From positions 6,936,699 to 7,000,698 of the forward strand of contig CM082581.2 of the NCBI GenBank assembly GCA_040954595.2: 64,000 bases of DNA. Reading direction: 5' to 3'. This DNA is from Balanoglossus misakiensis. Its lineage: Eukaryota; Animalia; Hemichordata. Made by a program: the position numbers and the translations under genes. How positions within the stretch are numbered: position 1 is the first letter of the stretch; each line of letters begins with the position of its first letter. Positions 1-39,536 of this stretch are shown here, in pieces. The notes beneath the pieces are model-generated. The model was not told where the DNA came from, made no database searches, and saw only the letters and a program-made list of their open reading frames with translations.

Positions 1-153
1 CAGAACGAAATGAAACAGAGGGACATGGACGAGGAACTGGCTGAGATTGAACGGCGCCGAATTGCGGGCAAACTCAGCCACGAGGAGGCCATCCTAGCCA
101 GGCAACAGCTCATCATGCAGAATAAACAGAAAGTCCAAGAAATGAAGGAAGAG
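1..153 (+). CDS. CFAP99: CFAP99-like exon (QNEMKQRD...GKLSHEEAILARQQL...MKEE)
   Basis: Open frame 1, donor GAG|gtatgg at 153/154; truncated by the window start. Confidence 0.85.
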
Positions 154-2397
154 GTATGGTGACCATTTTCGTACTACAGCGATTGATGTTTATTGTTAGA
201 ATGAAAGCAGATGTAAACTTACATGGAAGTCTATCATATCACATAGTGCAGTACGATTCATCGGCACATCAGAAATTCATTGCATTTTACCATTTATTAC
301 ATTTCAATATAGCTTTGTTTCTTTTGAGCATTTGCTGTTTTTATGCTGATTGTCTACTATCCTGATGTCTGCTGACACCCCAACAGAAAAGTGGCTTGTC
401 CTCTTGTTTCCAAAGAGTTATCAATGACTCGAGAATTTTCAACATCTTGTTTCCATGACAGGCGGAGAGAATGATGCAGGAGTACCTGGAGAAGCGTCTG
501 GAGGAGGAAGAGATGATGAAGGAACTGGTGGAGGACGTCATGATGAGCCACCAGAACGCCAAAGACGCCAAGGGCAAACTGACGGAGTACAAGAGGAAAC
601 TTGTTGAGGAAGTGAATGAAGAGAGCAGAGAGCTTCTCAGACAGGCTCTGGAAGAGGTACATATATCATCTCGTAGATTTATCGCTTTCTCCTCAATATG
701 CTGAAATTTCCAGTAGTTAATCAACAGGCATGCCCCACATGAGCTTGCAAAGTGTTGCATGGATATCATATATAAACGAAAGAATTATAAGTTTTAGCCT
801 ATGGGGGCAGTGTGCTAACTATGCCCTCATAATTCACAATTTTACAGAAATTTGAAACATGCACCATTTCACGAATGACGCTTTACTCTCTAGGCTGAAG
901 CAGATATGCGGCGCAAGCTAGACCTCATCCAGCAGATCCGAGCCATGGAATCCGTTCCCAAGATCCGACACAAGTTTGTGGACATTGGCTCAACAGCAGG
1001 CCATGCACTGCTTAGTGAGATGTCAATAGCAGAGGTGAGTCCAATTCTGTTTTTCGAATCAGAGTTCAGTTTGAATTCAGTTCTTGAATCAGATTTGAGT
1101 TTGAATTCAGTTCTTGAATCAGATTTGAGTTTGAATTCAGTTTTGGAAACAGAGTTGAGTTTGAATTTAGTTTTGGAATCTCATCATAAATATTGCTTGA
1201 AGGAGGTATGACAGTGACGGGGGTCTATTATATAGACTAAGTGTGTCAGTAACTCCTCCCCCTCAAAAAACTACTGCAGTTCCAACAGAACCCAGCAGAT
1301 GACAAATATATTGAATACTATCTTTCGTTTCTTGACCACAACAGCTTCGAGAGAGACTAGCTCTTCTCAAAATCTCATCCAAAGAGAGCGAAGAAGAGAA
1401 ACGAGACGAGATCCTGGCCACAAAACAAGCCAAGGATCAGATGCTGATGGAGAAGCTGGAACAGATCTCGAGACATCGATCAGCTGGCGGACAAACGTCA
1501 GCTCTCAGGTAAATACATTGGGAACAGAGCTGATGGAAAAATTGATGAGCCCTACCTAAACATACAGCCCAGGTTGTCAGGGTGTTTCCCCTTTTCTGGC
1601 TTCTACACGAATAAATCTAGAATTCACGTCACAATCTGATGTTCATCACTAAAACATTTAATTTAAATCACACCTGTGCTCATCCACTCCAGGTTGGAAG
1701 ACAAGAGACGAAACAAAGACGTCAAGCCAGAAATCAAAGACGCGAAAGTTCTGGAGATGCAGGCGCGACTGGAACAGCGGCGCAGAGAAAGGATCAGCAC
1801 GGCGGAGAAAATGAAGATCTCACCCACCAAGAAGTCTGCACAGAGGACTCAGAGTCTCACAAAAGAAAAGGTTAGTTGTTTACCGGTAAATGCAAATTTG
1901 ATGTGGCCTGGTAGGACGTACATATGTTGTAAAATCTGAGTAAATTAAGGCCAAGATAACCCAGGTCATTTATATATTCTTTGAATATATGCAAATTTAT
2001 ATGCAAATATGGAAAAATAATTGTAAATTTGATAAAATTTGGCAGCGTAGGTATTTAGATTTTACAGATCTTACCAAACACTGTCAACTGTATTTTCATC
2101 GCACATTTTTTTTTGCTGTGATAATTAACTAGGCTCCTCCAAGAAAATGCTTGAACAGCTAAGCTTCTGCAAGACATTTCTTAGCAAGAAACTGTTCGAA
2201 AAAGAAACTAATTGATTTTGTCACTGACATTGACTCACCGCCAACAGAAACAGCTGGAGGCCAGTCGATGGAGGGAACTGGAGAGAACGACGGAAAGAGC
2301 TGCAGCTCTACAGGCACAAGGAGGTGCCATGAAGAACAGATCGGCCAACAAACTGGCCTCGTTCAGACAGCTCTCTGCTGGCCAGGCTGCCTCGTAG
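1..2397 (+). CDS. CFAP99: Cilia- and flagella-associated protein 99-like, 3' part (6 exons; 5' end outside window)
   Basis: Exons 1-153, 462-656, 894-1034, 1345-1508, 1693-1870 and 2248-2397 join in frame across GT-AG introns and end at TAG 2395-2397. The peptide contains RRKLDLIQQIRAMES-x-KFVD-x-GHALLSEMSIAELRERLALLK-x-EEEKRDEI, which I recognise as the CFAP99 C-terminal region; Glu/Lys/Arg-rich coiled coil. Confidence 0.85.
462..656 (+). CDS. CFAP99: CFAP99-like exon (AERMMQEY...QALEE)
   Basis: Acceptor gacag|, donor GAG|gtacat, 195 nt, phase 0/0. Confidence 0.85.
894..1034 (+). CDS. CFAP99: CFAP99-like exon (AEADMRRKLDL...EMSIAE)
   Basis: Acceptor ctctctag|, donor GAG|gtgagt, 141 nt. Confidence 0.9.
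1043..1180. repeat. 30-bp minisatellite, about 4.5 copies (GAATCAGATTTGAGTTTGAATTCAGTTCTT)
   Basis: Directly visible tandem copies just inside a CFAP99 intron; explains the SLNSVLESDL repeats in ORF 906..1211. Confidence 0.9.
1345..1508 (+). CDS. CFAP99: CFAP99-like exon (LRERLALLK...TSALR)
   Basis: Acceptor acaacag|, donor CAG|gtaaat, 164 nt, phase 0/2. Confidence 0.9.
1693..1870 (+). CDS. CFAP99: CFAP99-like exon (LEDKRRNK...LTKEK)
   Basis: Acceptor ctccag|, donor AAG|gttagt, 178 nt, phase 2/0. Confidence 0.8.
2248..2397 (+). CDS. CFAP99: CFAP99-like terminal exon (KQLEASRWRELE...GQAAS*)
   Basis: Acceptor ccaacag|, in-frame TAG. Confidence 0.8.
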   Translation, partial: KQLEASRWRELERTTERAAALQAQGGAMKNRSANKLASFRQLSAGQAAS

Positions 2398-2804
2398 ACG
2401 AACACACACACATCTGATCAAGCAGCTCACCCCCCTCTAACAGTGGCCGCGGCCTACTGTTGTCAGTGGCTGGGCTTGACTACTCTCATGGGAAAGAGGG
2501 GTGGGAGAGTTGCTGCTCGTGATACTAATGCAGGATGTGGGATAATACAATGAGGATATTCAACACAGGGATGCAAGTGTTCCTGGTTTTGACAGTGTTT
2601 CTCAGACATGCCCTTTTCCCAAATCCTGCCAAGGTTTCCATGGATACCACACTTTGCTTAATATATCTAAATCCGATCCACTGAACATGTAAATATTGAT
2701 ATTGATCATGAACCCATTGATACTTATGAGAAGTATTTGTACATATATGAAGTGTGTTTGCTCCTTTTTTTCCTTACATTGTGTAATTCCATAAAATTTT
2801 CAGG

Positions 2805-2810
2805 AATAAA
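2805..2810 (+). terminator. Probable poly(A) signal of the CFAP99-like gene
   Basis: AATAAA about 410 nt after the stop, followed by GT/T-rich sequence. Confidence 0.6.
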
Positions 2811-3601
2811 TCACTTATGTGTACTAACTTTTTTAGGTGTTGGTGCATGAGATAATTGTTTGCTAAAAATTACATTTCCCATTTCTGCCACTGGGTGTGC
2901 TATACTCGTGATAGCGCCAATTAGTGATAGAAATGGGCGAGGAATCAAATTGAGGGAACGCTGCAAAAGACTGTGGTTGGTGTCAAACACTGTAGGGAAT
3001 GGTCCCGTTAGGTCCGTTTCTGCAGCCTGGGGGTAGTAGTGGGAGTGGTGTCTGGTGGGTTGTTGGGGGTGACCCTGTTTTGGCGGTTCCTGTTTTAGAT
3101 GTGCTCAGTGTGTTCTTGATGAGCCTATACGTCTTTAAGTCTTTACAACGCGGAGCATCTTCACCCGCCAAGGTGTGGTCGAGCCAAGGACCGGTGCGGC
3201 GAGCGGGCGATGAACGCGCAGACAGTGGTAAAGAACAGTCAGATTTTTTATAAAGATTAAAATAATAAAGCTTTTAATATAAAGTATGAATAGCAAGAAC
3301 TCCAGCTCTGTTGTGATGTGAAAACGAGAAATGCGCATGAATAGATTTTTAAATTGTATCCTGTTTTCAGTTTATGGTATCCTGTTGTGAATATCTGGGG
3401 ACACCCACATGATTCAAACTGATTAACGTGGCCAATTTAACTGTTATTCTGATCAGTGTCTCCGCGTATGAATTTGCAAATGGTTGTAATTAAGTACTTA
3501 GTCCACGCTTCTGTCGTTTGAAATGAATGACGTAACTCCTCTACGAACTCGCGGCCCACACAAATTTCGTGGTAAACCCCGATAACTACGCACATCGTTT
3601 C

Positions 3602-3682
3602 TCAATCTGATTAAAATCAGATGTAGGCGACAGCATAAAAAAACACGTCGCCGTTCCCTACATCTGATTTTAATCAGATTGA
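3602..3682. repeat. Short foldback/MITE-like element with 26-bp perfect inverted repeats
   Basis: TCAATCTGATTAAAATCAGATGTAGG (3602-3627) and its exact reverse complement (3657-3682). Confidence 0.75.
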
Positions 3683-6600
3683 TCGTTTCTTTTCCTCTGT
3701 TTTGTCGTCTTGAATACAAGTGGTTGATTTCCCGTTCTGCCCTACATAACCTTCTAACCACCCTGAGAAGTAGGACACAAGATAACATGACCGATAGGTT
3801 ATTGGCGATGTCTTTTTAGATTCTACACACGTCATCAGAAGGAAGTTAATCCAATGCTTCTCGTTCGAGAATTTCAGACGCTTCCGAGCAATTTTCTTGC
3901 AGAAAGTATTAAATTCTCGCAAAAAAAGGTTCTCCGTGTGAGCGTGTCGGCCAAGCTATAAAAATATCGCAGCACTGATTTTTTAACTGTTTTCATGCCG
4001 TTTCCGAATTTAGAGTCTGGGAATCGCCACTGTGACCAATAGACCATTTTCTGAATCCACGAGATCCTGCAAGTCCTCGCGTGACTGGGCGGTTTGTATG
4101 GGAGGACATTCTCATGTGATAAAGGACAATTTTAGCCTAAAAGTTACAGTTTTTGTTAGACTCTGCACCTATTCTAGTTCCTTGACTTTGTTAACATGTT
4201 TGGGAAGCCGTTGCCACGGCAATTAACCAAGTCTCGAGGCAAGATCTGGCAATGAGCGGAAAAAGCATCTATTGCGCGAAGCCGTAGGGGGCGTCGGCGA
4301 GGGGGTGCCTTGATTCAAACGGAAGTTTTGTTTCAACGAAAGAGTCATACTGCCCTGTCGGGATGACGTATGAAGGTTTTGTGACAATGGCACTTCCACT
4401 TGCGTAAGTCATAACGGCCCTGGAGACTTTCGGTATTGGATTTTTAACGAGAATTCCATGAAAAAGGGCCAGCGTATACGTTTACGTCATGTAAAGTTTC
4501 TAGGAATTTTCGAAAGACACAGCGACAAAGTGATTTCAGGGTAATACCAAGAAGACAATGCATTCTTCTTCGGAATCTCTGCCCGCGATGATCTACTGTT
4601 ATCCGCGTTTTACTTATCTATTTTTTTTAGAATGAAGATGCTATTCAATAAACATGTTTCATCGCGTTACAAGCGAGTAAATCTGCAGATATCATTTATT
4701 GCAACAGCCTCAATCCTATTCCGATGAGATGCACGGTCTTTGCTCTCCGAAAATTGTCGAGCTAGCGATCCGTGCGAGCGGACGATGCAGGCGGACACTC
4801 TGCAGGCAGACAAGACTACCATAATCCGCCCTTAATATCTGTAATGTCGTCATTTGACATCGTTCCAAGTGAAACACCGTCGTAAACCTCGGTCGTCTAC
4901 GGCAACTCCGTTAACTCATTTTTATTGTGCGGTATGTGGACAAAAATGAAGCCTCTGCCCACGAGAATGAAAAAAAAAATAGGACATCTTGTCGCTCCGG
5001 AAGCCCAGTAGAATCATGATGGATCTTAGTATTTTACAGGTATTTCTCGCTTTAATTTCAGATTTTTGTCTCCTGCAAAGAAAATACTAGTATGGGATAA
5101 TTGTCGTCGAGGAGGACAAAAACTAACTCGTCTTTTTGGAGAGGTAAGCTACCCAGGCTTAATACCACAAATTTCCAATGCAACATGGCCGCCAAATTCG
5201 ATGGAAAGTCAATGTCCTTCATACTAAGAAATTATTTTTGACCCACTCAACATTTGACAGCTGTTGCGTAATCCAGCTCGCAAAGAAACCCGACGCGTTA
5301 AATCGCCAACCAACCTGAACGTCACCGCCCACCCCTCCCCACGTCAGTGTCTTGCAGGTGTGGGTGACACTCCACACTCCTTTAGCCAGCAGTGGTGCGG
5401 TAACCCGTGGCAACGAGCAACTCCACACCCCGTGTTAGTCGACCGTGCGTATGCAGCCACTTTTGATTGCGCATCATCTTCGTTTCATTCGTCACCAGTA
5501 AGCTCGAAATCATAACCGGACGGATTTACATCTTTCTGACCTATTGTCATCTTGTCCATTGTTAATGTTTTGCACGCATAAGAAACGGGGGTTCCGATTA
5601 TCATGTGATTATAATGCACTTTTACGCAAAATGTGTCTATTACAGCCGGCCCTGGCGGACCTAATTGCGTTAAATATGATAAGCCTGCCATTAGAATATG
5701 ACGCATGATGGTGTGTATGTTACTCACTGGCTGAATTATTAATTAAACACTCTTTACTCCGTATCTCATGCCAATTCGACTATATGGCACAATATGTATA
5801 CAGTAAATAATATTGCCTCGAAATGCCAATTCTGACAGTGAACCCCTTCTAAATCTTAGGCGTGCATTGACTATGTAGTCATACATATTCGTGTTCATGC
5901 TTACTAATTGTACGTACCCTCTTGTAGAAAGTGCTACTTCATTGACTAAGGGCATAATTCCAATTCCCCCCCCCAAAAAAAAAAAAAAAAAAAACCAACA
6001 AACAAAAAAACATGAGTAAATCTAATTTTATCAATATTCATTTCGACAATCTGTCGTCTAATATTGTTGTTAAATAACGGCAAACAAGGCTCTTGGGTGT
6101 TGTACTTCGGGGGTGGTCGAAGGAGCTGATTCACAGCGGTCACGTAAGCTTGGTTTTTATTGGTCAGTTCATTTTTCAACGCACTCTTCAAACAGGTGTA
6201 CAACTCGTACATGAATGTTGTAACCAATGAGGTGTCGTTGGTGACATAACTACTATGTGTACACGCATGCAATACTCCAGAAAGTGTCGATGTTTTGGTG
6301 TAGTTTCGCTGTTCCATTTATTCACAGTATGCATGTTTACCATGCGCTGACGGCGGCCCTAATTTGGCTATTTGCACAGGTTGTTCAGTAGATTTGCAAC
6401 GAAACGCCAACACTGACAAGTCTTTCACCCGTACCCACCTCAGTTGACGCGAAAAAACTGACTACAATTTTTCAGCACCGAGGAAGAAAAACACACATCC
6501 AATATCTTGGAGCCTCTGTATATATAATGGGAAAACACCTAAGAAATTTCCAATCGCTCGTTATTATCCTATTTCATTTCGGCAGGTAGGTGGTTTCTGC

Positions 6601-7823
6601 GTGCAGGTGACTTAGGCCTACGTTGAAAAATCGTTATTTTTTTCTCTAAATGTCACGTTGGATCATGATTTTAAAATAGAAGTGTTCTAAATTTTGACTG
6701 TTTGGTCAGCCACGTTAATTTTGGTGCAACACAAAACTTTACACAGGATCCAAACAATTTGTAAGAGTTTCCAATATTTTGGATTTTTCATACAATTTAC
6801 AGTACATGTACTTGTATAGTACATGTTGATCCCACTGGAATACCAGATCGCGCGTAACTGCTGGGAATAGATAAAGTTGCGGCCTCTTGCTCCAGTAGGC
6901 CTACATAGACGCATCGTCGCGCATAGATGTTTCAATGGACCCTGTCGGTGAAAATAGGCAACATTCACCCCATATAAATGTGTAGTCATACTAGTGTTCT
7001 TGCACTCTTGAAGTGAACAACTGTGGTGGTCTCCACCGCTGTGACGTCCCTTCAAATCACAGCCCCTCCGCACACACTGCGCTTCAATCGATTTGACAGA
7101 CTGAACTATCGTGTACGGGACAATTCCCTTCTGATGACGTCACCACCCTTTTTACTCAAACACGCTAAACACCTCCGGCCATATTTCTTCCATTATTCAC
7201 CGAAGTGCGTCCATGGGTAATTTCATAAATGAAGTGAGATTTGGGATTATTCTTTTTAAGTCAATTTAACTCGCTTTTAATCTGTTAATGATGAAGGGGC
7301 GCCGAGCGTCACCGCCACCCACGTGTCACAGAGGTCTTTCTGGCGCATGGCGCGCGACCCGCCCCAGATCTTGTGGAAAATAAAGTGTAACAAAGAGCAA
7401 AGATGAAAAAGGGCATCGCTTTCAAATGTGGTCTTCTATGACGATATATGTGAACTATAGATGTTGTAACCACTATCGAACCGACCTATGACTTAATATT
7501 TTTCTAAATTTAGCTCAACGTGGATACATGCGTGGTGAAATCAATGCATCCAGAGTGGGCGAGGAGTTTCCACGGTTCTTTTCTCTGGCGACTCAAATAG
7601 TAAAATCGATGCGCACGCCTTCTCTCTCGGACGGGTGTTTCCCCCACACTACTACTTTCTTGTACATTCTGGAGCAACCGCGCAAAACTTGAAGGTATGG
7701 ATGTCAAATATCTGGAGAAGTGTGAGAGGAATCGCGCCATTTGCCGATTTAAGTCGACCAAAACTACATGTTTATGAAAAATTATAGTTTCCGTACAAAC
7801 CGAAAGATCAGTCAGTTTGATCA

Positions 7824-7860
7824 CAATCTGATTAAAATCAGATGTAGGGTACGACGACGT
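7824..7860. repeat. Solo copy of the 3602-3682 element end
   Basis: CAATCTGATTAAAATCAGATGTAGGGTACGACGACGT matches the reverse complement of 3645-3681 with 2 mismatches. Confidence 0.75.
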
Positions 7861-9687
7861 CTTTTACTTACGCGATACGGTATTCCTATGTTGTCGCCTC
7901 ACACTACACGTGGCCACGGTTACGTGTTCAAGATCACAAACACCGATGATCTTTGTTGTGACAGCGAATCTCGCGAGTTAATTAATGTGCTCACTTTTCT
8001 CGTTCATTTTTAAGACGATCACAGCCAAAAGCAAAAAAAGATTGCTTGTATACACAGGTACATGCATGTACCACGGCGGGTAGATCTACAGTCCATGAAA
8101 TAGGACAGTTGGCTTACCGAGTCCCAAGTTGTTCCTCTGCATTATTTGATTTTTAAGGGCAAATATCTAAACTAGAAATCAAGTATATGTATTTTACAAA
8201 CAGCAAAATTTTCCTCTCAGAAAGTCAGCTCGTATAAACGACAGCCTGTGTAAACATTCAGCTGACAGATCGATACCATATAAGAATTATATGTATACAA
8301 ACACGTTTTTTTCTTCTTTACCAATTATCTTACTGAAATGAACAAAAATGAATTTTTCGTCGCGTAGCTATGGCAATCATAGATAAAAAAAATGGCTGGA
8401 GGAAGTGACTCAGGATGTTATTTGAAAGATGAAGAAAACTGGAGAAGGCGGCGAAATACCGTCAAGATGTCAATGTCCTTCTGTTTGCAACCAAAATTAC
8501 TGTCTTCTTCGCAGGGGGGCACACACCAGAGTCTGCAATACCCCAGCGAATCAATTATCACCTGCGTCCGGATGTTGTTGTTGTTGATTTTTTGTTGTTG
8601 CATTTCTTGCGGGAGAATGTTTGCATCCGATGCTTTTCGTCGTGTCATAGATAAAGGACACAAGATCACAAACAGGATCCAGGGTTGACTGGGTGGGGGG
8701 GGGGGCTTGCTGTCGTAAGGGCTCCCGGGTCGTGCATGCATGCATGGAAACAAACCATTTTACATATTTGACGGTCTGTGTCATTCACAAGTTTCACGGA
8801 TTCTCTGGAATTGAAGTGTCCAGATTCTTGCTGAGAAACACCGTGATCTGAACCGATGCCTGAGCCGGACCTTTGTTGGAAGCGCCCCGAGTGTACAACA
8901 AAGAATTAAAATGGTGTATTTTTGACTTGTACCATCTTTGAAAAACAAGCGATGGTCATGATCAGGGCCTCGGAGGAAACCCTATTACGTGTTACCTTTT
9001 TTATTCGACCAGATTCTCACATTTTAATTGGTTTAATGACCTTGCCCAAAATCAAGTATACATGTAGGCCTACCAGTATCTGACAACGGAATCTGACGAC
9101 GCATCATGCATCACGGCGACAGACCGTCTTCGCCCCAGCCTAAAAAAAATCATTGAATATCCCATTACATTTGTGAGTATCTTAGATCTGTGTCCAGCGG
9201 GCGTATATTGTCACCTGGACAATACGTAGTTGACAGAGACTTCAAACACTTCGCTCCCCAGGAGATGTAAAACACCACAGATGCACGCAAAGCTATACAT
9301 GTCGGAATTGTGCGCTTTCCACGTACGTGCGCACGATCGTGACGCAAGCGCATTTATTTGCTTGCGTCACGGATGCTCACATGCACGTCATGACGTCATC
9401 CACATGACATGATATTAGACAGTTATTAAAATTATTGCTCTTTTGGAACCCCAATTCTGAGGTTTTTTTAAATTTCATTTGCACAATATATATCTATTGC
9501 TGTCACATTCAAATTATATGAAAGACGCAAGTTATTTAGGTTTCCATGTTAATTCTTTTGAATCGAGTAGTCGTAAAGATGTCATCCAAAAGAAAGGTGT
9601 GGCTTTTTAAAACTCAGAGCTAATTCAGGGTTGATTGCATGGTGTGATTGCGTGCGTGTGTTATGACATCAATCTGACGCTGGATTG

Positions 9688-9900
9688 GGGCTGCAGTGGG
9701 CATGCCGAAAATTCCATCCAAAAACACCAATTCACACTCACATAGGGATTTTTCCATGCTGGTGACAAAAACAAATCTGGCGCCTCAGATTTCCTCCTTT
9801 TCATTCTCACTTCGTGTGCCAGCGTGGAAAAATCTTTGTGTAGGCCAAGTGTGAATTGGTGTTTTTGGATGGAATTTCTAGTTCTGGCATGCACACAGCC
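9688..9900. mobile_element. About 210-bp foldback (MITE-like) element
   Basis: Perfect 30-bp inverted repeat 9709-9738 / 9848-9877, extended by imperfect outer (GGCTG..GCATGCC) and inner (GATTTTTCCAYGCTGG) arms. Confidence 0.7.
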
Positions 9901-11319
9901 TCTACGTCCGATTGATGTCATATTACGTGCATGAGCGCAAGTGTGTGTAAGTGTTTGTAACAATGGTAACACCAAATGCATAGCTCTTGTAGAGATGAAT
10001 TTATTTCACAAACACGTACATATGGGAATTTTGCGTTCAGGTGTGTCCTCCACAGTGTTTTGTCGGGTAGTTTCGAAATTTGATTTTCAAATTTTGATAC
10101 GATTGGAATAACAGATGAAAAGGTGCCCGATTTCGCTTCTCGTTTATAATTAACGAATGCTTGTATCTTGCCACCCACAGAAAAAAATATAAAATAAGTG
10201 AGGCAAAGAAAACCTGGCTTGTGATCATTGCGTGTTTGGTGAATATTATTAAAACTTTAACGTTAAAAACGAAAAGAATAATTGGCCACCTTTCGTTCGC
10301 TTGGGTCTCTTTTTCCACCATAGTAGGGCGCGTTAAGTTTCCTTAGAAACTGTCCGCTTTTTGGATGGTAGGAAGTGTCTCTTTGCCGAGTGGTAGGGCG
10401 TGTCTCCTTTATATGTATCGATGGCTACGTCATCATAAACGTTTGCCTTCAAGCGACCTTGCTGTGTAGGATTCATATTCACACTCGTTGGTCTCGTCAT
10501 ACCGATATGTAGGCCTAGTGAGTGATAAACCATGTCAGTTCGACTGAAAAGATGCATTTTTAGTCGATTTTACTAGTTACGACACAAGTGTGTGAGTGCC
10601 AGGTCTATTTCGGCAATTAAGACTTATATACCAATTAGGTGGTGACTAAGGTAACCATGGTTACAACAAAATGTGATCCAAGTAACCACTGTGCACCGCT
10701 CACTGTGTGACTCATCGGCCATTAAAGCCCCAATAGCTACCACTTTTACCATACTTTATGAATAATTCAATCTTCTCCTTATCCTCAGTCGACAAATGAC
10801 GCTATTTTGACTTTGTGGGGATTTTAATATCCATGCGCACAGACCACGATGCATGTTGTTCCGTATTCTTGCAATGGTCACTTGATACTTTAAACGGGTG
10901 TGACACCCGTGTATTCTTTAACTTGTTGAAAACCCTTGGTGGAAAAACTGTGACCTTTGCGTGTCACTGATGTTTGTAAGGATTTGGATGCAGTTTATGG
11001 CACACTTTTTTCTTGGTTTCGCAACTGAAACACGGGTGCAGGAGTCTTTACTTTTAGTGTTTGCGGGAAAAGCCAAGAAAACTGGGTGAATTTAGTGACG
11101 ATGATGAAGGATTCCCATCCCCGGAAACGAATGAGGGAAACCCATGAGCCCCATTGTAGCACTGTGACCGCCATGCATAATTCAAGGTTGAAATGTCTGG
11201 TGTATTATTACTTCCGACGCAGACAGAGCTTCCAAAACGTCCAATGAACATGTCAATTCGCCATAAAATGACCCAGAACTGAAAAAGATCCGGTCGACTG
11301 GTGTCAAAGGTGACGGCTA

Positions 11320-11327
11320 TGACGTCA
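11320..11327. promoter_or_regulatory. Full palindromic CRE (TGACGTCA) about 410 bp upstream of the GRK ATG
   Basis: Exact consensus in a CpG-rich region; further full CREs at 7135-7142 and 9391-9398. Confidence 0.4.
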
Positions 11328-11734
11328 CGCTGTCCATAATCCCATTCCAATCGATTGTGGATCTCTCTCTCCGTCGCCTGAACTCAAGAAACCGTGTTGT
11401 GTCTGCCTATTTGTTTCAATTGGATTAAACCCATATGCTGGTCGCGATAAGAATTTCTGCGAACGACTGACATTTGCCTCCCTCTGAATCGAGGAAATTG
11501 TGAACGACAAGGCTGCATTATTCCAGCTCTGTGCAAATCCAAACGTCGACGAGCTGACCATCCCTACGCCGGTAAATGGTAGTTCCCATCAGGGCTTCGT
11601 ACGCTACAGCCATCTTTATTCGGCAGCCGAGCTTGTGCATGATAGGCAAGCTAGCTTACCACACCCTCAAAATCGCTCGATTTTAGGGTTGGATAAAGGC
11701 CCGCAGGAGCCTCACGACCGCCGACAGTGAACTT

Positions 11735-38246
<26,512 letters not shown>

Positions 38247-39451
38247 TGCTGAATGTGCAGCAGAGCTTGCTACCTCCTGTAATGTGTCACTAGTTTGGTG
38301 AAGAAGTCAAACAGTATGGCTGTGTTGCAAAGCATGATGGGAAGACTGGTGAGAAGCGGCCATTTTAGACAGCAGCAGCAGCCATGTTTGAAAAGACCGA
38401 CCAGTCGAGTAATGAGTTTTTTTCAGCCCCCCTATGGAAACTGCGTCAAATTTTTGTGATAGTAGGCCATTTTAAAAACGTGGACCAGTTATCTTTAGGG
38501 TAACACGCAACCGATCTTTCTAGTTAGTGTTGCAAAGCTGTTCAAAAAGACAAAAAAAAAGGTTAAAAAAAAATAAAAATATACAGAGAGAAAAGATGAG
38601 AATGTTATATTTTAAGAACTGATCCAACAAAAATGTTGCTAGTGTTATGATAGTGTTCTCATTCAGATTTTATTTTGATTTTCTTTAAAGTATTATATAC
38701 AATTACGATGTTGGCTTAAGGAATGCATCTGTGCTGACTTAAAGCATAGGGACTTTGTCTCTTTTATTTTATTTATCTCACATTGTCAAATGTAAGATTG
38801 TGTAGGGGAGAAAGAGAGTGTGTGAGAGAGAGAGTGAGAAAATCGTCGTATTCTTTAGGGTGGTCATTTTACTGCGAGGACCGGTAAATTTCCGTCAAAA
38901 GCTCATGTCCAGGGAACCTAGATGCATTTGATGTATTTCAGAGAGTATCAAACAACAAAAAATAATTTTAAGTGAAGAAAAAAAAAACACAAAAAAATCT
39001 ATGAAATATTTAAAGAAGTTATTTATGTATTTCTGTATGTCATGCACATGACAAGTTTGGTATAAATTATTACTGTCAACACATACACCTTCAGTGAATT
39101 TCTAGAAAGCAAATGTTATAAAATTTAAGAAAATAGGAATTTTTTCTCATAGATGTCTACTTGTCCGGAATACGAGTGATTTCGTACTCAACACCTTTTA
39201 GTGTCCATGAATTTTGTCAAACAGTGGAATATTATTCCGCTTCGTGATCGTCTCGTGTTTAGGTTATTTTTTCAGATTTTTTGATCCCACACACAGATAA
39301 TGCCCTCACCACCATCTATGTAGACTTTTAACAGAATAACTCGTGTAGAATACTATTTTATGTACACAGCGGAAATTACACTGGATGTGACTTTTGATAA
39401 CGACTTGAGTTTGGAACATTATCGTTTCTTTTGTTTCTCACTGTTCATTCA

Positions 39452-39536
39452 CCCTTTCACCCCCAGTTCCCTCTTTAGAGGTCCAGCCTTACTTTAGAAA
39501 ACAATGGGTTTGGACTGGACCATGGTGGTGAAAGGG
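39452..39536. mobile_element. Complete approximately 85-bp MITE with CCCTTTCACC...GGTGAAAGGG termini
   Basis: Terminal inverted repeats; the interior is the reverse complement of the copies at 16608, 30799 and 40130. Confidence 0.75.

Noticed and set aside
906-1211. Protein with SLNSVLESDL repeats
   Set aside because: The repeat part is an intronic 30-bp minisatellite downstream of the donor at 1034.
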